Source: Bdellovibrionales bacterium (lineage in GTDB: Bacteria > Bdellovibrionota > Bdellovibrionia > Bdellovibrionales > UBA1609). From it: a DNA stretch of 44,728 nt. Where the stretch lies: positions 1 through 44,728 of the forward strand of contig JBPCUO010000026.1 in the NCBI GenBank assembly GCA_051011135.1. Direction: 5' to 3'. The notes beneath the pieces were generated by a model. The model saw only the letters and a program-made list of their open reading frames with translations, was not told the DNA's origin and did not search any database. Position 1 is the first letter of the stretch, and every line of letters begins with the position of its first letter. The position numbers were made by a program, and so were the translations under genes. Shown piece by piece: positions 8,082 to 18,240 of this stretch.

Positions 8082-8588
8082 TTACTCAGTTCCATTTGGT
8101 TGAATTACTTTTTGCCAAGTTTCATCAGCTTTTAACATTAAATCATAATGTAAATGCTCAAGCCATTTCTTCTTTGTATTATTCCCCCAAGAATTATAAA
8201 AAAGATAAAGTGACTTTTGTCCGTAAACATTTTCTTCAATGAGAAAAGTATCATAGTTTACAGAAACTCCAGTTTGCCCTTGAGCCATAGCCCAAGCACA
8301 CCATCCTCCATAAGCAGGAATGTACTTCTCAGGGTCAGCATCAAAATTATCTTTATTTTCTTCAGATACAAAATAATAAGTCACATCCATGATCTTTGTA
8401 GAAAACTTTTTAGTACCTTTGGTTCCTCTTTCGATTCCTCTTTCGTGATTTTGAAAATAAGCCACAACATCATATCCCTCTAAAGCAACTCCATTTTTTT
8501 GATTGGAATCTCCAAAGGCACTTGCACCAATTAGTAAACTTGCTACAAAAGTTACAATCAAACTTCCTTTTAAAATTATTGATTTCAT
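8082..8588 (-). CDS. Exported YHS domain-containing protein (Cys form of the YHS (seleno)protein family)
   Basis: GYDVVAYF, YYFVSEENKDNF..DPEKYIPAYGGWCAWAM; signal peptide. Confidence 0.88.
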   Translation of the reverse strand: MKSIILKGSLIVTFVASLLIGASAFGDSNQKNGVALEGYDVVAYFQNHERGIERGTKGTKKFSTKIMDVTYYFVSEENKDNFDADPEKYIPAYGGWCAWAMAQGQTGVSVNYDTFLIEENVYGQKSLYLFYNSWGNNTKKKWLEHLHYDLMLKADETWQKVIQPNGTE

Positions 8589-8731
8589 AAATCCTCCCTT
8601 TATATTTCAAAAAAGTATAACAGAATAATTCCTCTATGAGAATAGTTTGGCCAGAAAAAAAGGTTTCTTTTAAAGAAAAAAGAGATTTTTTAGGAAATTA
8701 TGTCTCATATGTCTCGTATAAGGTTCATTTT

Positions 8732-10897
8732 TTAAAATAAAGCCTCTAATCCTACACCTACCGATTGATGATCTTCCTTTTGTTGATATTTTCCCTCATA
8801 AAAGACACCTAATTTAAAACGACTATGAATTTGATAAGATAGCAACATTTCTAATTTATTTTTGTAGATTTTAAAATCTTTTGTTTTGAGCTCATATTCC
8901 ATATCTAAACCCAATCGAGATATGATAGGAATTTCTTTTTCTAATTCTACTTCTAATTCTTTATTTGTTTTTATCAAAGCTTCCAAATAGATCAATAAAG
9001 GAAGCTTATAAGTTAAACCTAAAACTCCTAACCATTTTTGATCCTGATAAAAAGCTCCTCCTAATAGGTGCATATTCTTAGAAACTTTTCGACTTGCTTT
9101 TGTTTCCAGCTTAAAAGCTTTAGGATCTTTTAAAGATTCGAAGTCTTTAAAAGATTTAAAATCTTTAAATTCAATGCCGTCCACTTTTCCTTTGATGGAG
9201 AATTTTAATTTTTTCTTTTTAGCACTCCATTTTATTTCAGATTGATTAGTGAATAAAAGTAAATGGGTTTTAAAAAACCAACTTGAATCTTTAATAAAAT
9301 CTTTAGAAAATAATTTTTCTTCTTCTATTAAGTCTTGAGGTCTTTTAAAATCCTCGTACTTAATGAGTCGACCCATTCCCATTTTCATATGGTAGAGATT
9401 ATGACAATGAAACATCCATAGACCTGGTGCATTCATATAAGCTTCAATAGTAATTTTTTCAAAAGGTTTGACATCTACAGTATGAAATAAAGGAGAATAA
9501 TTTTTTTGACCATTGAGAACGCGAAAAAAATGACCATGAAGATGCATAGGGTGAGTCATCATTGTTTTGTTTGCAAAATGAAAGCGAACAACATCACCTT
9601 TTTTAACATTAATATATTTATCTTGTGAAAAAGTTTTACCATTTAAAGACCAAGTATAATTCGACATGCTTCCACTTAATTCTAAATCGATATCATGGCG
9701 AGGGTATTTGTTGCTGTAGTTAGTTTTTGTAAGAGATTTTAACATGTTATAATCCAAGCTTTTTTTCATAGATTGAGTTTTTATTTTGGAGTGATCATGT
9801 TTCATCTTAGAATGATCATGTTTCATTTTGGAGTGTTTCATCTTGGAGTGATCACCATGTTTCATCTTAGAGTGATCATGGTCCATCTTGTAAGGATTTG
9901 GTTTTGCAAAAGAAGGAGCTTTTTCATATTTTTGATCCTTTCCAAAAATTAAACTGCCATGACCTGTAAAATCACTTGCCGTGGCTCGAAATTCTAAACC
10001 TTGCGTGATTGGAGGCATTTTAAAAGACAAATCATAAGTTTCACCCATGCCTAAAAAAACTTCATTCACACGGACAGGTGAAACGCCCATTCCATCTTTT
10101 GAAATGACTTTAAAAAATCTATGCTGACCTAAGTTTAAATAAAAATGAGTAGAAGCTGCAGCGTTAATAACTCTTAACCGAACTCTATCTCCTGATTTAA
10201 TTTTAGAAAAAGTAGCCTGCTGTTTTCCATTAATTAAAAAAGCATCATAGCCCACATCACTTAAATCCATAACCCCCATACCTGTCCATTCTCCTTTAAT
10301 AAAATCTTTAAAAGAAGATTTGAAAATGGCATCTAAAAGCGATGGAAAGAATTTTTTCTTAAAAGAATAATACTCTCCCTCTTTTTTAAGATTTTTTAAA
10401 ACTTGTATGGGTTTTTCATTGGTCCAATCACTAAGAACAGCCACTAGATCATGTTTAAAATAATATCTAGGTCGAGGCTCTTCAATAACAATAGCCCCAT
10501 ATAAGCCTCTTTGTTCTTGAAGGTTTGTATGAGAGTGGTACCAATAAGTCCCTGCGTGTTTGATAGGAAATTGAAAAGTAAAAGTTTCGCTAGCTTGTAT
10601 CAGTTTATTGTTAGAAAAAGCAGGGCCATCCATATTCCAAGGAACAAGAATTCCATGCCAATGAAGAGTGGTTGGTTCATTGGTTTTATTAGTCACATGA
10701 ATAACAGCGGTATCTCCTAGTTTAAATCGTAAAGTAGGTGCAGGAATAGAGCCATTAATCGCTAAAGCATGTTTAACATCTTTTCCTGTGAGATTAACCA
10801 GCTTATTTTCAACAGTTAAATGATAAACCTGATTCTTACTATAAGAAGAAAAAGTGAAAAAAATAATAAAAACAAAAAAAGCAGAAGTAAATCTCAT
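8732..10897 (-). CDS. Multicopper oxidase (CopA/PcoA-like) with His/Met-rich insert and barrel-like C-terminal domain
   Basis: All four Cu motifs: HWHG, WYHSH, HPMHLHGH, HCHNLYHMKMGM; signal peptide. Confidence 0.93.
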   Translation of the reverse strand: MRFTSAFFVFIIFFTFSSYSKNQVYHLTVENKLVNLTGKDVKHALAINGSIPAPTLRFKLGDTAVIHVTNKTNEPTTLHWHGILVPWNMDGPAFSNNKLIQASETFTFQFPIKHAGTYWYHSHTNLQEQRGLYGAIVIEEPRPRYYFKHDLVAVLSDWTNEKPIQVLKNLKKEGEYYSFKKKFFPSLLDAIFKSSFKDFIKGEWTGMGVMDLSDVGYDAFLINGKQQATFSKIKSGDRVRLRVINAAASTHFYLNLGQHRFFKVISKDGMGVSPVRVNEVFLGMGETYDLSFKMPPITQGLEFRATASDFTGHGSLIFGKDQKYEKAPSFAKPNPYKMDHDHSKMKHGDHSKMKHSKMKHDHSKMKHDHSKIKTQSMKKSLDYNMLKSLTKTNYSNKYPRHDIDLELSGSMSNYTWSLNGKTFSQDKYINVKKGDVVRFHFANKTMMTHPMHLHGHFFRVLNGQKNYSPLFHTVDVKPFEKITIEAYMNAPGLWMFHCHNLYHMKMGMGRLIKYEDFKRPQDLIEEEKLFSKDFIKDSSWFFKTHLLLFTNQSEIKWSAKKKKLKFSIKGKVDGIEFKDFKSFKDFESLKDPKAFKLETKASRKVSKNMHLLGGAFYQDQKWLGVLGLTYKLPLLIYLEALIKTNKELEVELEKEIPIISRLGLDMEYELKTKDFKIYKNKLEMLLSYQIHSRFKLGVFYEGKYQQKEDHQSVGVGLEALF
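9787..9888 (-). repeat. Coding minisatellite (HDHSKMK-type units of 15-24 nt)
   Basis: MDHDHSKMKHGDHSKMKHSKMKHDHSKMKHDHSK; repeated gatcatgtttcat-like units on the + strand. Confidence 0.85.
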
Positions 10898-10930
10898 TAA
10901 ATTTACTTATAATATATAAAATGAAATTGC

Positions 10931-10967
10931 AAAAAAAAAAACCAAGCTAAAAAATATCTTAGCTTGG
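10931..10967 (-). terminator. Intrinsic terminator of the mlaC-like gene
   Basis: Stem CCAAGCTAA/TTAGCTTGG with 8-nt loop, followed by an 11-nt T-tract on the minus strand. Confidence 0.8.
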
Positions 10968-10983
10968 GTCTACATAATAAAAG

Positions 10984-11628
10984 TTATTTTTTTAAATCAG
11001 CTAAAAATTGATCTACATCTCCACCCACTTTGCTTAGCATATCACCATAGATGTTGCGAGAATTAAGAATAAGACTAACATTTGCGATAACAATATCTAC
11101 AATTTGATAAGTATTATCGGATTGTTTTTCAAGAACACGAACTAAAATAGTCAGCTCTGGAGCTCCTGGATTTAATATAACATCTGTTTTAGCCTTGTAT
11201 CTAACATGGCCCTTTTTCTCAACCGATTCAATAACTTGAAAATCTTTAATAGAGACCTCGCTTAAATCAGTTCCTTCTTTCTTTAAAAGAGCGACTAATT
11301 GTTTCGCTGCCAATGTTGTAAAGTAATTAACAAATTCATCAAATTGAGCAGGACTAAAACTTTTGTAGTGACGGCTTAAAACGACTTTAGAAATCCTTTT
11401 AAAATCAAAATATTTTTGACTAGACATTATTAATTTTTTTTCCAACTCTTCCGCTGATAAATCCTTATAAGAAACGAAATTTAAAATTTCATTCACAAAA
11501 GATCTTAAAAAATCTTCTGGTGCATTATAAGATAGTAATTGCGTTTCTTGAGCTGAAACTTTTGTAGTAAAAGTTCCAAAACCAAATGCTCCTAATACGA
11601 GCATATAAAGTATAGTTTTTTTAAACAT
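10984..11628 (-). CDS. mlaC: MlaC/Ttg2D-family periplasmic phospholipid-binding protein
   Basis: Signal peptide; YFDFKRISKVVLSRHY...QFDEFV..F; YQIVDIVIANVSLILNSR matches the family pattern. Confidence 0.75.
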   Translation of the reverse strand: MFKKTILYMLVLGAFGFGTFTTKVSAQETQLLSYNAPEDFLRSFVNEILNFVSYKDLSAEELEKKLIMSSQKYFDFKRISKVVLSRHYKSFSPAQFDEFVNYFTTLAAKQLVALLKKEGTDLSEVSIKDFQVIESVEKKGHVRYKAKTDVILNPGAPELTILVRVLEKQSDNTYQIVDIVIANVSLILNSRNIYGDMLSKVGGDVDQFLADLKK

Positions 11629-11751
11629 AAATGACTCCTTTTTTAATGTTATAAAAGAATAAATGATAATCTCTATTTTAGAAAGAAAAAATTATAAATA
11701 TTTTTAAATCTTTAAAAAATAATTAGAAAATCTTTATAACTGTAAGATTTT

Positions 11752-12948
11752 TTAATAATCCTTTAGTCTAACTGTCTCATAAATAGAATTTAAAAAGACT
11801 AATAAATTATCAGAAAAACCTCTCAATGATTTTCCATTCACAAAAAAACTAGGCGTTCCTTGAATATCAGCCTTAGTTCCTGATTGTGCCATATCTTGAA
11901 TCGCTTTCTTAGCTTGGGGGCTTTCTAAACAACTCAAAAAGCTTTTAGAATCCAAGGCGACATCTTGAATCCTGTCTCGAATCAAATCTAAAACCTTGTT
12001 CTTATCCGCTTGATAGTTCCTAAAAGCGTCTTGATTATCAAAAATAAAATCATGAACTTTCCAACCTTGATTTTGTTTTTGAGCACAAAAAACTGCTTGG
12101 CTCAATAAGCAAGTTGTGCCGGTTCCTCGAAAAGAAATCGCTTTGTTACAAGATCCATCCAGAGGAAAAGCATAAAAATGAAAAGCCACATCCGGATGAT
12201 TTTTAAAAAAGGTCTTTAATGAAGCTTGAACTCTTTGACAGCTAGGACATAAAAAATCAGCAAATTCCACCAAGGTTATTCGGGCCCCCTCCGGACCTTT
12301 TTTTAATAAAGGAGCTTTAGAAAAAGTTATAGCTTCTTCATATTTCCAATCTAATAAAAGAGCTTTAATCTGTTTTTTATGATCTTTAATATCAAAATGA
12401 GTCACAAAAATCATATGAAGAAAAAAAGAAAATGCAAAAATACAAGCGGCTAAATAAAAAAAACTTTTTTCACGAACAAGAATAAGTAGATCTTTAAAAA
12501 AATTATTAAAAACATCTTTTCTAAAAACCCAAAGCAAGCAGACAAGATTTATAAAAGATAAAATATAAGTTGCCCAACACATAGGGCAGTAAAGATTTTT
12601 TAAAAGAGAAAGAGCTAGCATCACTAAAGACGCAAAAGCCACAAAACCTGATAAAGAAACAACCAGCTTTCTCCAAGAAGAAGTTCTAAAAAAACCCACA
12701 AGCGAGCAGAATAATAGAAAAGAAAGAACTAAATTAAAACTTACACCAAAGCTAGATAAAGAGACCCCAAAAATCTTAGAATAAGGAGATAACAAAGCCT
12801 GATCACAATTTATTTTTTCACTGATGTTGCAAATGGAACTTGTTTGAGCCGTACCTGCTTGCAGCTGATAAGTGCGCTTTGTGAGATAAAAATGCAACCC
12901 ACTTGATATAAAGGCTGTAATAAATGATAAAATCAACCATTTCTTCAT
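11752..12948 (-). CDS. Vitamin K epoxide reductase (VKOR) - DsbA/thioredoxin fusion
   Basis: C-x7-C loop, SPYS, CPMC in a TM region; C-terminal EFADFLCPSC and IQGTPSFFVNG. Confidence 0.9.
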   Translation of the reverse strand: MKKWLILSFITAFISSGLHFYLTKRTYQLQAGTAQTSSICNISEKINCDQALLSPYSKIFGVSLSSFGVSFNLVLSFLLFCSLVGFFRTSSWRKLVVSLSGFVAFASLVMLALSLLKNLYCPMCWATYILSFINLVCLLWVFRKDVFNNFFKDLLILVREKSFFYLAACIFAFSFFLHMIFVTHFDIKDHKKQIKALLLDWKYEEAITFSKAPLLKKGPEGARITLVEFADFLCPSCQRVQASLKTFFKNHPDVAFHFYAFPLDGSCNKAISFRGTGTTCLLSQAVFCAQKQNQGWKVHDFIFDNQDAFRNYQADKNKVLDLIRDRIQDVALDSKSFLSCLESPQAKKAIQDMAQSGTKADIQGTPSFFVNGKSLRGFSDNLLVFLNSIYETVRLKDY

Positions 12949-13031
12949 AGTTTATTTTTTACTCAATAATAGCTTATTATGCAAAAGTTTTTCTTGTTTT
13001 AAAACAATGCACAGACCATAATATTTTAAAA

Positions 13032-14747
13032 ATGTCCTTTTCTATTAAAAACCAAGGATCTTTTTCTGAAATTAAAAAAGATCTATCTGTTTATCTTTCA
13101 AAAATTCTTGATTTTAAAGAATCAGAGATTTTTAAACTTTTAGAAAAACCCCTTAATAAAAGTCATGGTCATTTATCCCTGCCTGTTTTTACTTTTTCAA
13201 AATTAAAAAAGCAAAATCCTAAAGACCTTTCTCAAGAAATGGTCTTGCAAATTCAAAAACATCCACTTCCTTTTTTAGAAAAAACAGAAGCTCTTTCTGG
13301 ATTTGTTAATTTTAAATTTACTCCAAGCTATATTAAATCTTTATTAGAAAAAACAATGTCTCAAAAAGAACTGGCCTCTTTTAAAAATCCTCAAAAAGAA
13401 CACTGGATTATAGATTTTGCATCTCCCAATGTTGCTAAATACATGAATGTAGGGCATTTAAGAGCGACTGTCATTGGCCAAGCGATTGTTAATTTAACTT
13501 TGCAAATGGGTTACAAAGTGACCTCTTTAAATCATCTTGGAGATTGGGGAAGTCAATTTGGGAAACTGTTATGGGCTTATAAAAAATGGGGGCAAGAATA
13601 TAAGTTTAAAAAGCAGCCTTTTGAAACTCTTGTTCAACTTTATGTCAGGTTTCACAAAGAGGCTGAGCAAGATCCTCAAAAACTTAAAGAAGCAACCGAT
13701 TTATTTCAAAAATTAGAAGCAGGAGACTCTTCTTTAAAAAAACTTTGGAAGACTTTTGTTAAATTATCTTTAAAAAATTATGACCAGTATTGGAAAATTT
13801 TAAACACTAAACATGATTTAGTTTTAGGAGAATCTTTTTATAGAAAATTTACAAAAGATTTAGCATATCGTTTAAATCACGAAAATCTCTTAGAAAAAAG
13901 TGAAGGAGCCGAAGTTGTTTTTTTAGAAGATATGCCTCCTTGTATTATTGTTAAAAGTGATGGAGCTTCCACTTATGCCGCAAGAGATTTATGTAGTGCT
14001 ATTTATAGATTTGAAAAATTAAAAGCCGATAGAAATATTTATATTACAGGTACAGATCAAAATTTACACTTTAAACAAATTTTTAAAACTTTAGAAAAAA
14101 TAAATCCCTCTTGGAGTCAAAACTGCTTGCATCTTTCTTTTGGAATGTACCGCTTTAAAGGAGAGGGTAAAATGTCCACAAGAAAAGGACAATCGATCTA
14201 CCTCAAAGATGTTATTGAACAATCTATTGAAAGAGTTAAAAAAATTATTGAGGAAAGAAGACCTGAATTAAAAAATAAAAATAAAATTGCAGAGCAAGTT
14301 GGAATTGGAGCTATTGTATTTAATGATTTAATAAGTGATCGCATTAAAGATGTTGATTTTGATTGGAATAAAGTTTTAGATTTTGAAGGAAGCTCTGGGC
14401 CTTTTATTCAATACACTCATGTTCGTTGCTTAAGTTTATTAAAGAAAGTTCCAAAAATTAAGAAAAAAAAGTTCTCTGAAAATTTCCCTCAAGGAGAAGA
14501 AATACACTTAATGTGGTTACTTCTTCAATTTGAAGAAGCTATTTTGCAATCTTTTCAACATTTTAAACCTCATATTTTAGCAAGATATCTTCTTGATCTC
14601 TCTAAAGAGTTTAATCGTTTTTACGCTTCAGAGCGAATTTTAGATTCAAAAAATCAGGAAGATCTCCTGCTTCTGGTAGATACAGTTCGTCGCACTCTCA
14701 ACCAAGGACTTCGTCTTTTAAATATTCCTGCCCCTTCTGCGATGTAG
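13032..14747 (+). CDS. argS: Arginine--tRNA ligase
   Basis: DFASPNVAKYMNVGHLR (HIGH region), NHLGDWGSQFG, KMSTRKG, anticodon domain ending PSAM. Confidence 0.98.
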   Translation: MSFSIKNQGSFSEIKKDLSVYLSKILDFKESEIFKLLEKPLNKSHGHLSLPVFTFSKLKKQNPKDLSQEMVLQIQKHPLPFLEKTEALSGFVNFKFTPSYIKSLLEKTMSQKELASFKNPQKEHWIIDFASPNVAKYMNVGHLRATVIGQAIVNLTLQMGYKVTSLNHLGDWGSQFGKLLWAYKKWGQEYKFKKQPFETLVQLYVRFHKEAEQDPQKLKEATDLFQKLEAGDSSLKKLWKTFVKLSLKNYDQYWKILNTKHDLVLGESFYRKFTKDLAYRLNHENLLEKSEGAEVVFLEDMPPCIIVKSDGASTYAARDLCSAIYRFEKLKADRNIYITGTDQNLHFKQIFKTLEKINPSWSQNCLHLSFGMYRFKGEGKMSTRKGQSIYLKDVIEQSIERVKKIIEERRPELKNKNKIAEQVGIGAIVFNDLISDRIKDVDFDWNKVLDFEGSSGPFIQYTHVRCLSLLKKVPKIKKKKFSENFPQGEEIHLMWLLLQFEEAILQSFQHFKPHILARYLLDLSKEFNRFYASERILDSKNQEDLLLLVDTVRRTLNQGLRLLNIPAPSAM

Positions 14748-14751
14748 TGAT

Positions 14752-14780
14752 TTGTAAAATAAATATTTTTTTGTTATAAC
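14752..14780 (+). promoter_or_regulatory. Sigma70-type promoter of prpD (leaderless geometry)
   Basis: TTGTAA-N17-TATAAC with TG extension, 6 nt before ATG 14787; no SD. Confidence 0.6.
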
Positions 14781-14786
14781 AAAAGT

Positions 14787-16283
14787 ATGAAAAAACATAC
14801 TGTCCGAGTTTATCCTTCTAAAAAAAAACTTCCTAAAGAAGAACAACTTGCTTGGAAATTAACAGAAGCGGCTCTCGATCCCGCTCCTATTTCTGAAAAT
14901 GTCAAAGATATGCTGATCAATCGTATTATTGATAATGCCGCTGTGGCTATGGCTTCGATTCATCGTGATCCTGTTGTGCATGCAAGAGAGCAAGCTTTAG
15001 GACATCCTGTAAAACAAGGAGCTTGTATTTTTGGAATCAATAATAAATATAAATTCAGCGCTGAATGGTCTGCTTGGGCTAATGGAACTGCTGTCAGAGA
15101 ACTGGATTTTCATGATACTTATTTAGCGGCAGATTACTCTCATCCAGCAGATAATATTCCTCCTCTTTTAGCCGTTGCTCAACAAACTCAAAAAAATGGA
15201 AAACAATTACTGGAAGCTTTAGTTGCTGCTTATGAAATTCATATCAGTTTAGTTAAAGGGATTTGTCTTCATAAACATAAAATAGATCATATCGCTCATC
15301 TTTGCCCTGCTCAAGCCGCTGGTTTAGGGGTTTTATTAAAAATGCAGCCGGATCGTTTGTACCAAGCTCTACAACAGGCTGTTCATGTTTCTTTTACAAC
15401 TCGTCAATCACGCAAAGGAGAAATTTCTAGCTGGAAAGCTTACGCTCCTGCTTTTTCTGGAAAAATGGCGATTGAAGCTATTGACCGAAGTCTTCGTGGA
15501 GAGAATTCTCCATCCCCTATTTATGAAGGAGAAGATTCCGTTATCGCTTGGATGTTAGATGGAGCTAAAGCTTCTTATGAAATTCCACTTGTCGAAAAAG
15601 GAGAAGAAAAAAAATCTATTTTAGAAAGTTATACCAAAGCTCATTCTGCAGAATATCAATCTCAAGCTTTAATTGATTTAGCTTTTGAATTGAGGAAAAA
15701 AATAAAAGACTTTTCAAAAATTAAAGACATTACTATTTATACTTCTCACCATACTCATTATGTTATTGGGACAGGAGCGGGTGATCCTCAAAAAATAGAT
15801 CCCAATGCCAGTCGAGAAACTTTAGATCATAGTATTATGTATATCTTTGCTGTCGCTTTAGAAGATGGTCGATGGCATCATATTGATTCTTATACCCAAA
15901 AACGAGCTCATCGACCAAGCACTATAGAACTATGGAATAAAATCAAAACTTGTGAAGAAGAAAAGTGGACCAAATATTATCATGATCCCAATCCTCAATC
16001 TCGCTCTTTTGGAGGACGAGTTCAAATTAAACTTGAAGATGGCAGTATTATAGAAGGAGAGAAAAAAGTGGCTGATGCTCACCCTAATGGCTCTAAACCC
16101 TATAACAGGCAGGATTATATTAATAAATTTCGTGCTTTAACAGCATCTATTGTTGATCAAAAAGAACAAGATCGTTTTTTAAATTTAGTTCAAGATTTAG
16201 CTAGTTTAAATACAAAACAAATTTGTGAATTAAATGTAGAGGCCGATTTACCTATTGTTTCACAAACAAAAGGAATTTTTTAA
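14787..16283 (+). CDS. prpD: MmgE/PrpD-family 2-methylcitrate dehydratase
   Basis: ANGTAVRELDFHDTYLAADYSHPADNIPP, RQSRKGEISSWKA, SAEYQSQA, ETLDHSIMY. Confidence 0.93.
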   Translation: MKKHTVRVYPSKKKLPKEEQLAWKLTEAALDPAPISENVKDMLINRIIDNAAVAMASIHRDPVVHAREQALGHPVKQGACIFGINNKYKFSAEWSAWANGTAVRELDFHDTYLAADYSHPADNIPPLLAVAQQTQKNGKQLLEALVAAYEIHISLVKGICLHKHKIDHIAHLCPAQAAGLGVLLKMQPDRLYQALQQAVHVSFTTRQSRKGEISSWKAYAPAFSGKMAIEAIDRSLRGENSPSPIYEGEDSVIAWMLDGAKASYEIPLVEKGEEKKSILESYTKAHSAEYQSQALIDLAFELRKKIKDFSKIKDITIYTSHHTHYVIGTGAGDPQKIDPNASRETLDHSIMYIFAVALEDGRWHHIDSYTQKRAHRPSTIELWNKIKTCEEEKWTKYYHDPNPQSRSFGGRVQIKLEDGSIIEGEKKVADAHPNGSKPYNRQDYINKFRALTASIVDQKEQDRFLNLVQDLASLNTKQICELNVEADLPIVSQTKGIF

Positions 16284-18217
16284 TTTAAAATAATAGTGAT
16301 CGTTTGACTGGGAGGTATAGGCTCTCCTGCAAAAGGAATTGTTCTTATCACACGGTTAGATCCATAAATTTTTAATTGAATATTTTTATTTTTAATTCGA
16401 CTCAAAACTTCCCTTAAAGTTAATCCTTTTAAATCAGGAACTCGATTTGAAAACGCTAAATATCTTTTTACTTTTTTTTCTTTATTATGAAATGAAGACA
16501 GAACTAAATTCTTTTCTTGTAATAAAGTAGGAGATAATCCCGCTTTTCGAACAGCATAAGAAGAAATTTTAGAAAACACAGGGGCTGCTATTGTAGAAGC
16601 ATAAAAACGAGTCTTAGGCTCATCAATAGCAACATAAATAACATACTTGGGTTTATGAGCAGGAACAAATCCTACAAAACTAGAGACATAATCCTGCTTT
16701 TTATAACCTCCTTTTTGAAGGTCAACTTTTTGAGCGGTTCCTGTTTTTCCTGCTGTTAAATATCCCGGTATAGCTGCTCGAACTCCTGTTCCTTGATCTT
16801 CTGATGTTACAGAAGTAAGCATTAAAGTCACCATTTGAGCTTCATCTTCTGTTAAAGTTCTACGAATCGTTTTTGATTCAAAACTTCTTTCTTCTCCATT
16901 GTAAGGATTTCTAATTTGCTTAATTAATTTTGGCTCCATTAAAAGACCACCTCTAGCAATAGAGGCATAAGCATTTGCTGTTTGTAAAATCGTTGTAGAA
17001 ATACCATGACCAAAACTAATATTTGCTGTTTCAATAGGTTGCCAAGGGATTTGTCTTAAATAACCCCCAGTTTCTCCAGGGAAATCAATACCTGTTTTTT
17101 GACCAAAACCAAATTTCAAAAGTGTTTTTCTTAATTTTTTAGAACCAATATCAAGAGCAATTAAAGAAGCTCCTATATTAGAAGAATGGGACAAAATATC
17201 TGTCATATTTAAAAAAGGAGGAAATTCTTTTTTTTCATCAGCTTCTCTAATAATTTTTTTTCCAATTTTTAATTTACCTTTATGAGTAGGATATTTTTTA
17301 CTGGGAAGAATACCAGATTGAATGGCGGAAATAATTGTAAAAGTTTTTAAAACACTTCCTAATTCAAGTCTATCTGTAATAACTCGGTTTCTTCTATCAT
17401 TTTTATTTTTAACTTTAGTAGGATAGTTAGGATCATAATTAGGAATATTAACCATTGCTAAAACTTCAGATTGATCCACTGATAAAATCACTCCCATCGC
17501 AGATGCCGCTTGAGAAGCTTGCATTGCTTTATAAAGTTCTTTTTCAAAATAAAACTGTAAGTCACTATCTATAGTAAGATAAACATCAAAACCACTAACT
17601 TGATTTATAAAAGGAGTAAAGTCAGCAAACAAAAGTCGTCCTCTAGCATCTTTTTTAACCATGATTCTTTGCTGCTCTCCTTGTAAAACTTTATCATACT
17701 TTTTTTCTATACCTTCTAAACCATGACCATCAATATTTGTAAAACCAAGAACTTGAGAAAGAGACTTCCCTTTTGTATAAAACCTCTTAGACTCTTTAAT
17801 AAAATGAAGTCCCTCAAATTTAAAAGATTGAATCAGTTTTATTTCTTTTTCAGTTAAGTGTCTTTTAATCCAAACAAATCGTTTTTTTTTATTTAATACC
17901 TTTGAAAGGAGCTTCTTTTTTGGGAGCTTTAAATGTTCTGATAATTTTTTAGCCACATAATAAGGTTTTTTAATTTTTAATGGATCTGCGAACAAAGATT
18001 GAGAGGGAGTGGAAATAGCTAAAGACTTGCCATACCGATCATAAATAACACCTCTTCTTGGAGTTATCTTAACAGTGGTTTCAAATAATCTTTGTCTTAA
18101 TTGAGTCAGTCGATCTTGAGGAAGTAATTGTAAAAAAACACTTCTAAGAATGAGCACACTAAAAATGAGTCCAAAAAAATAGACAACAAAAAGGAGCCTA
18201 AATTTGATTATTTTCAT
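16280..18217 (-). CDS. ftsI: Penicillin-binding protein 3 (septal transpeptidase) with PASTA domain
   Basis: N-terminal TM, RRGVIYDR, GLEGIEK, SVLK (SxxK), SSN, KTGT, C-terminal VPDLKGL; follows rsmH-ftsL. Confidence 0.95.
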   Translation of the reverse strand: MKIIKFRLLFVVYFFGLIFSVLILRSVFLQLLPQDRLTQLRQRLFETTVKITPRRGVIYDRYGKSLAISTPSQSLFADPLKIKKPYYVAKKLSEHLKLPKKKLLSKVLNKKKRFVWIKRHLTEKEIKLIQSFKFEGLHFIKESKRFYTKGKSLSQVLGFTNIDGHGLEGIEKKYDKVLQGEQQRIMVKKDARGRLLFADFTPFINQVSGFDVYLTIDSDLQFYFEKELYKAMQASQAASAMGVILSVDQSEVLAMVNIPNYDPNYPTKVKNKNDRRNRVITDRLELGSVLKTFTIISAIQSGILPSKKYPTHKGKLKIGKKIIREADEKKEFPPFLNMTDILSHSSNIGASLIALDIGSKKLRKTLLKFGFGQKTGIDFPGETGGYLRQIPWQPIETANISFGHGISTTILQTANAYASIARGGLLMEPKLIKQIRNPYNGEERSFESKTIRRTLTEDEAQMVTLMLTSVTSEDQGTGVRAAIPGYLTAGKTGTAQKVDLQKGGYKKQDYVSSFVGFVPAHKPKYVIYVAIDEPKTRFYASTIAAPVFSKISSYAVRKAGLSPTLLQEKNLVLSSFHNKEKKVKRYLAFSNRVPDLKGLTLREVLSRIKNKNIQLKIYGSNRVIRTIPFAGEPIPPSQTITIILN

Positions 18218-18240
18218 ACCACTACCTCTTAAGTATAACT

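Noticed and set aside
2556-8588. Integron cassette array driven by the integrase
   Set aside because: No attC-like repeated boundaries, mixed orientations, housekeeping genes intervene, and no evident IntI-specific insertion in the integrase.
8082-8588. Selenocysteine in the YHS protein
   Set aside because: The GGWC position is a Cys codon; there is no in-frame TGA.
2135-10720. Short track ORFs 2135-2338, 2596-2784, 4783-5016, 5855-6079, 6747-6935, 8217-8483, 10511-10720
   Set aside because: Antisense or alternate-frame shadows of well-supported genes; no motifs or RBS.
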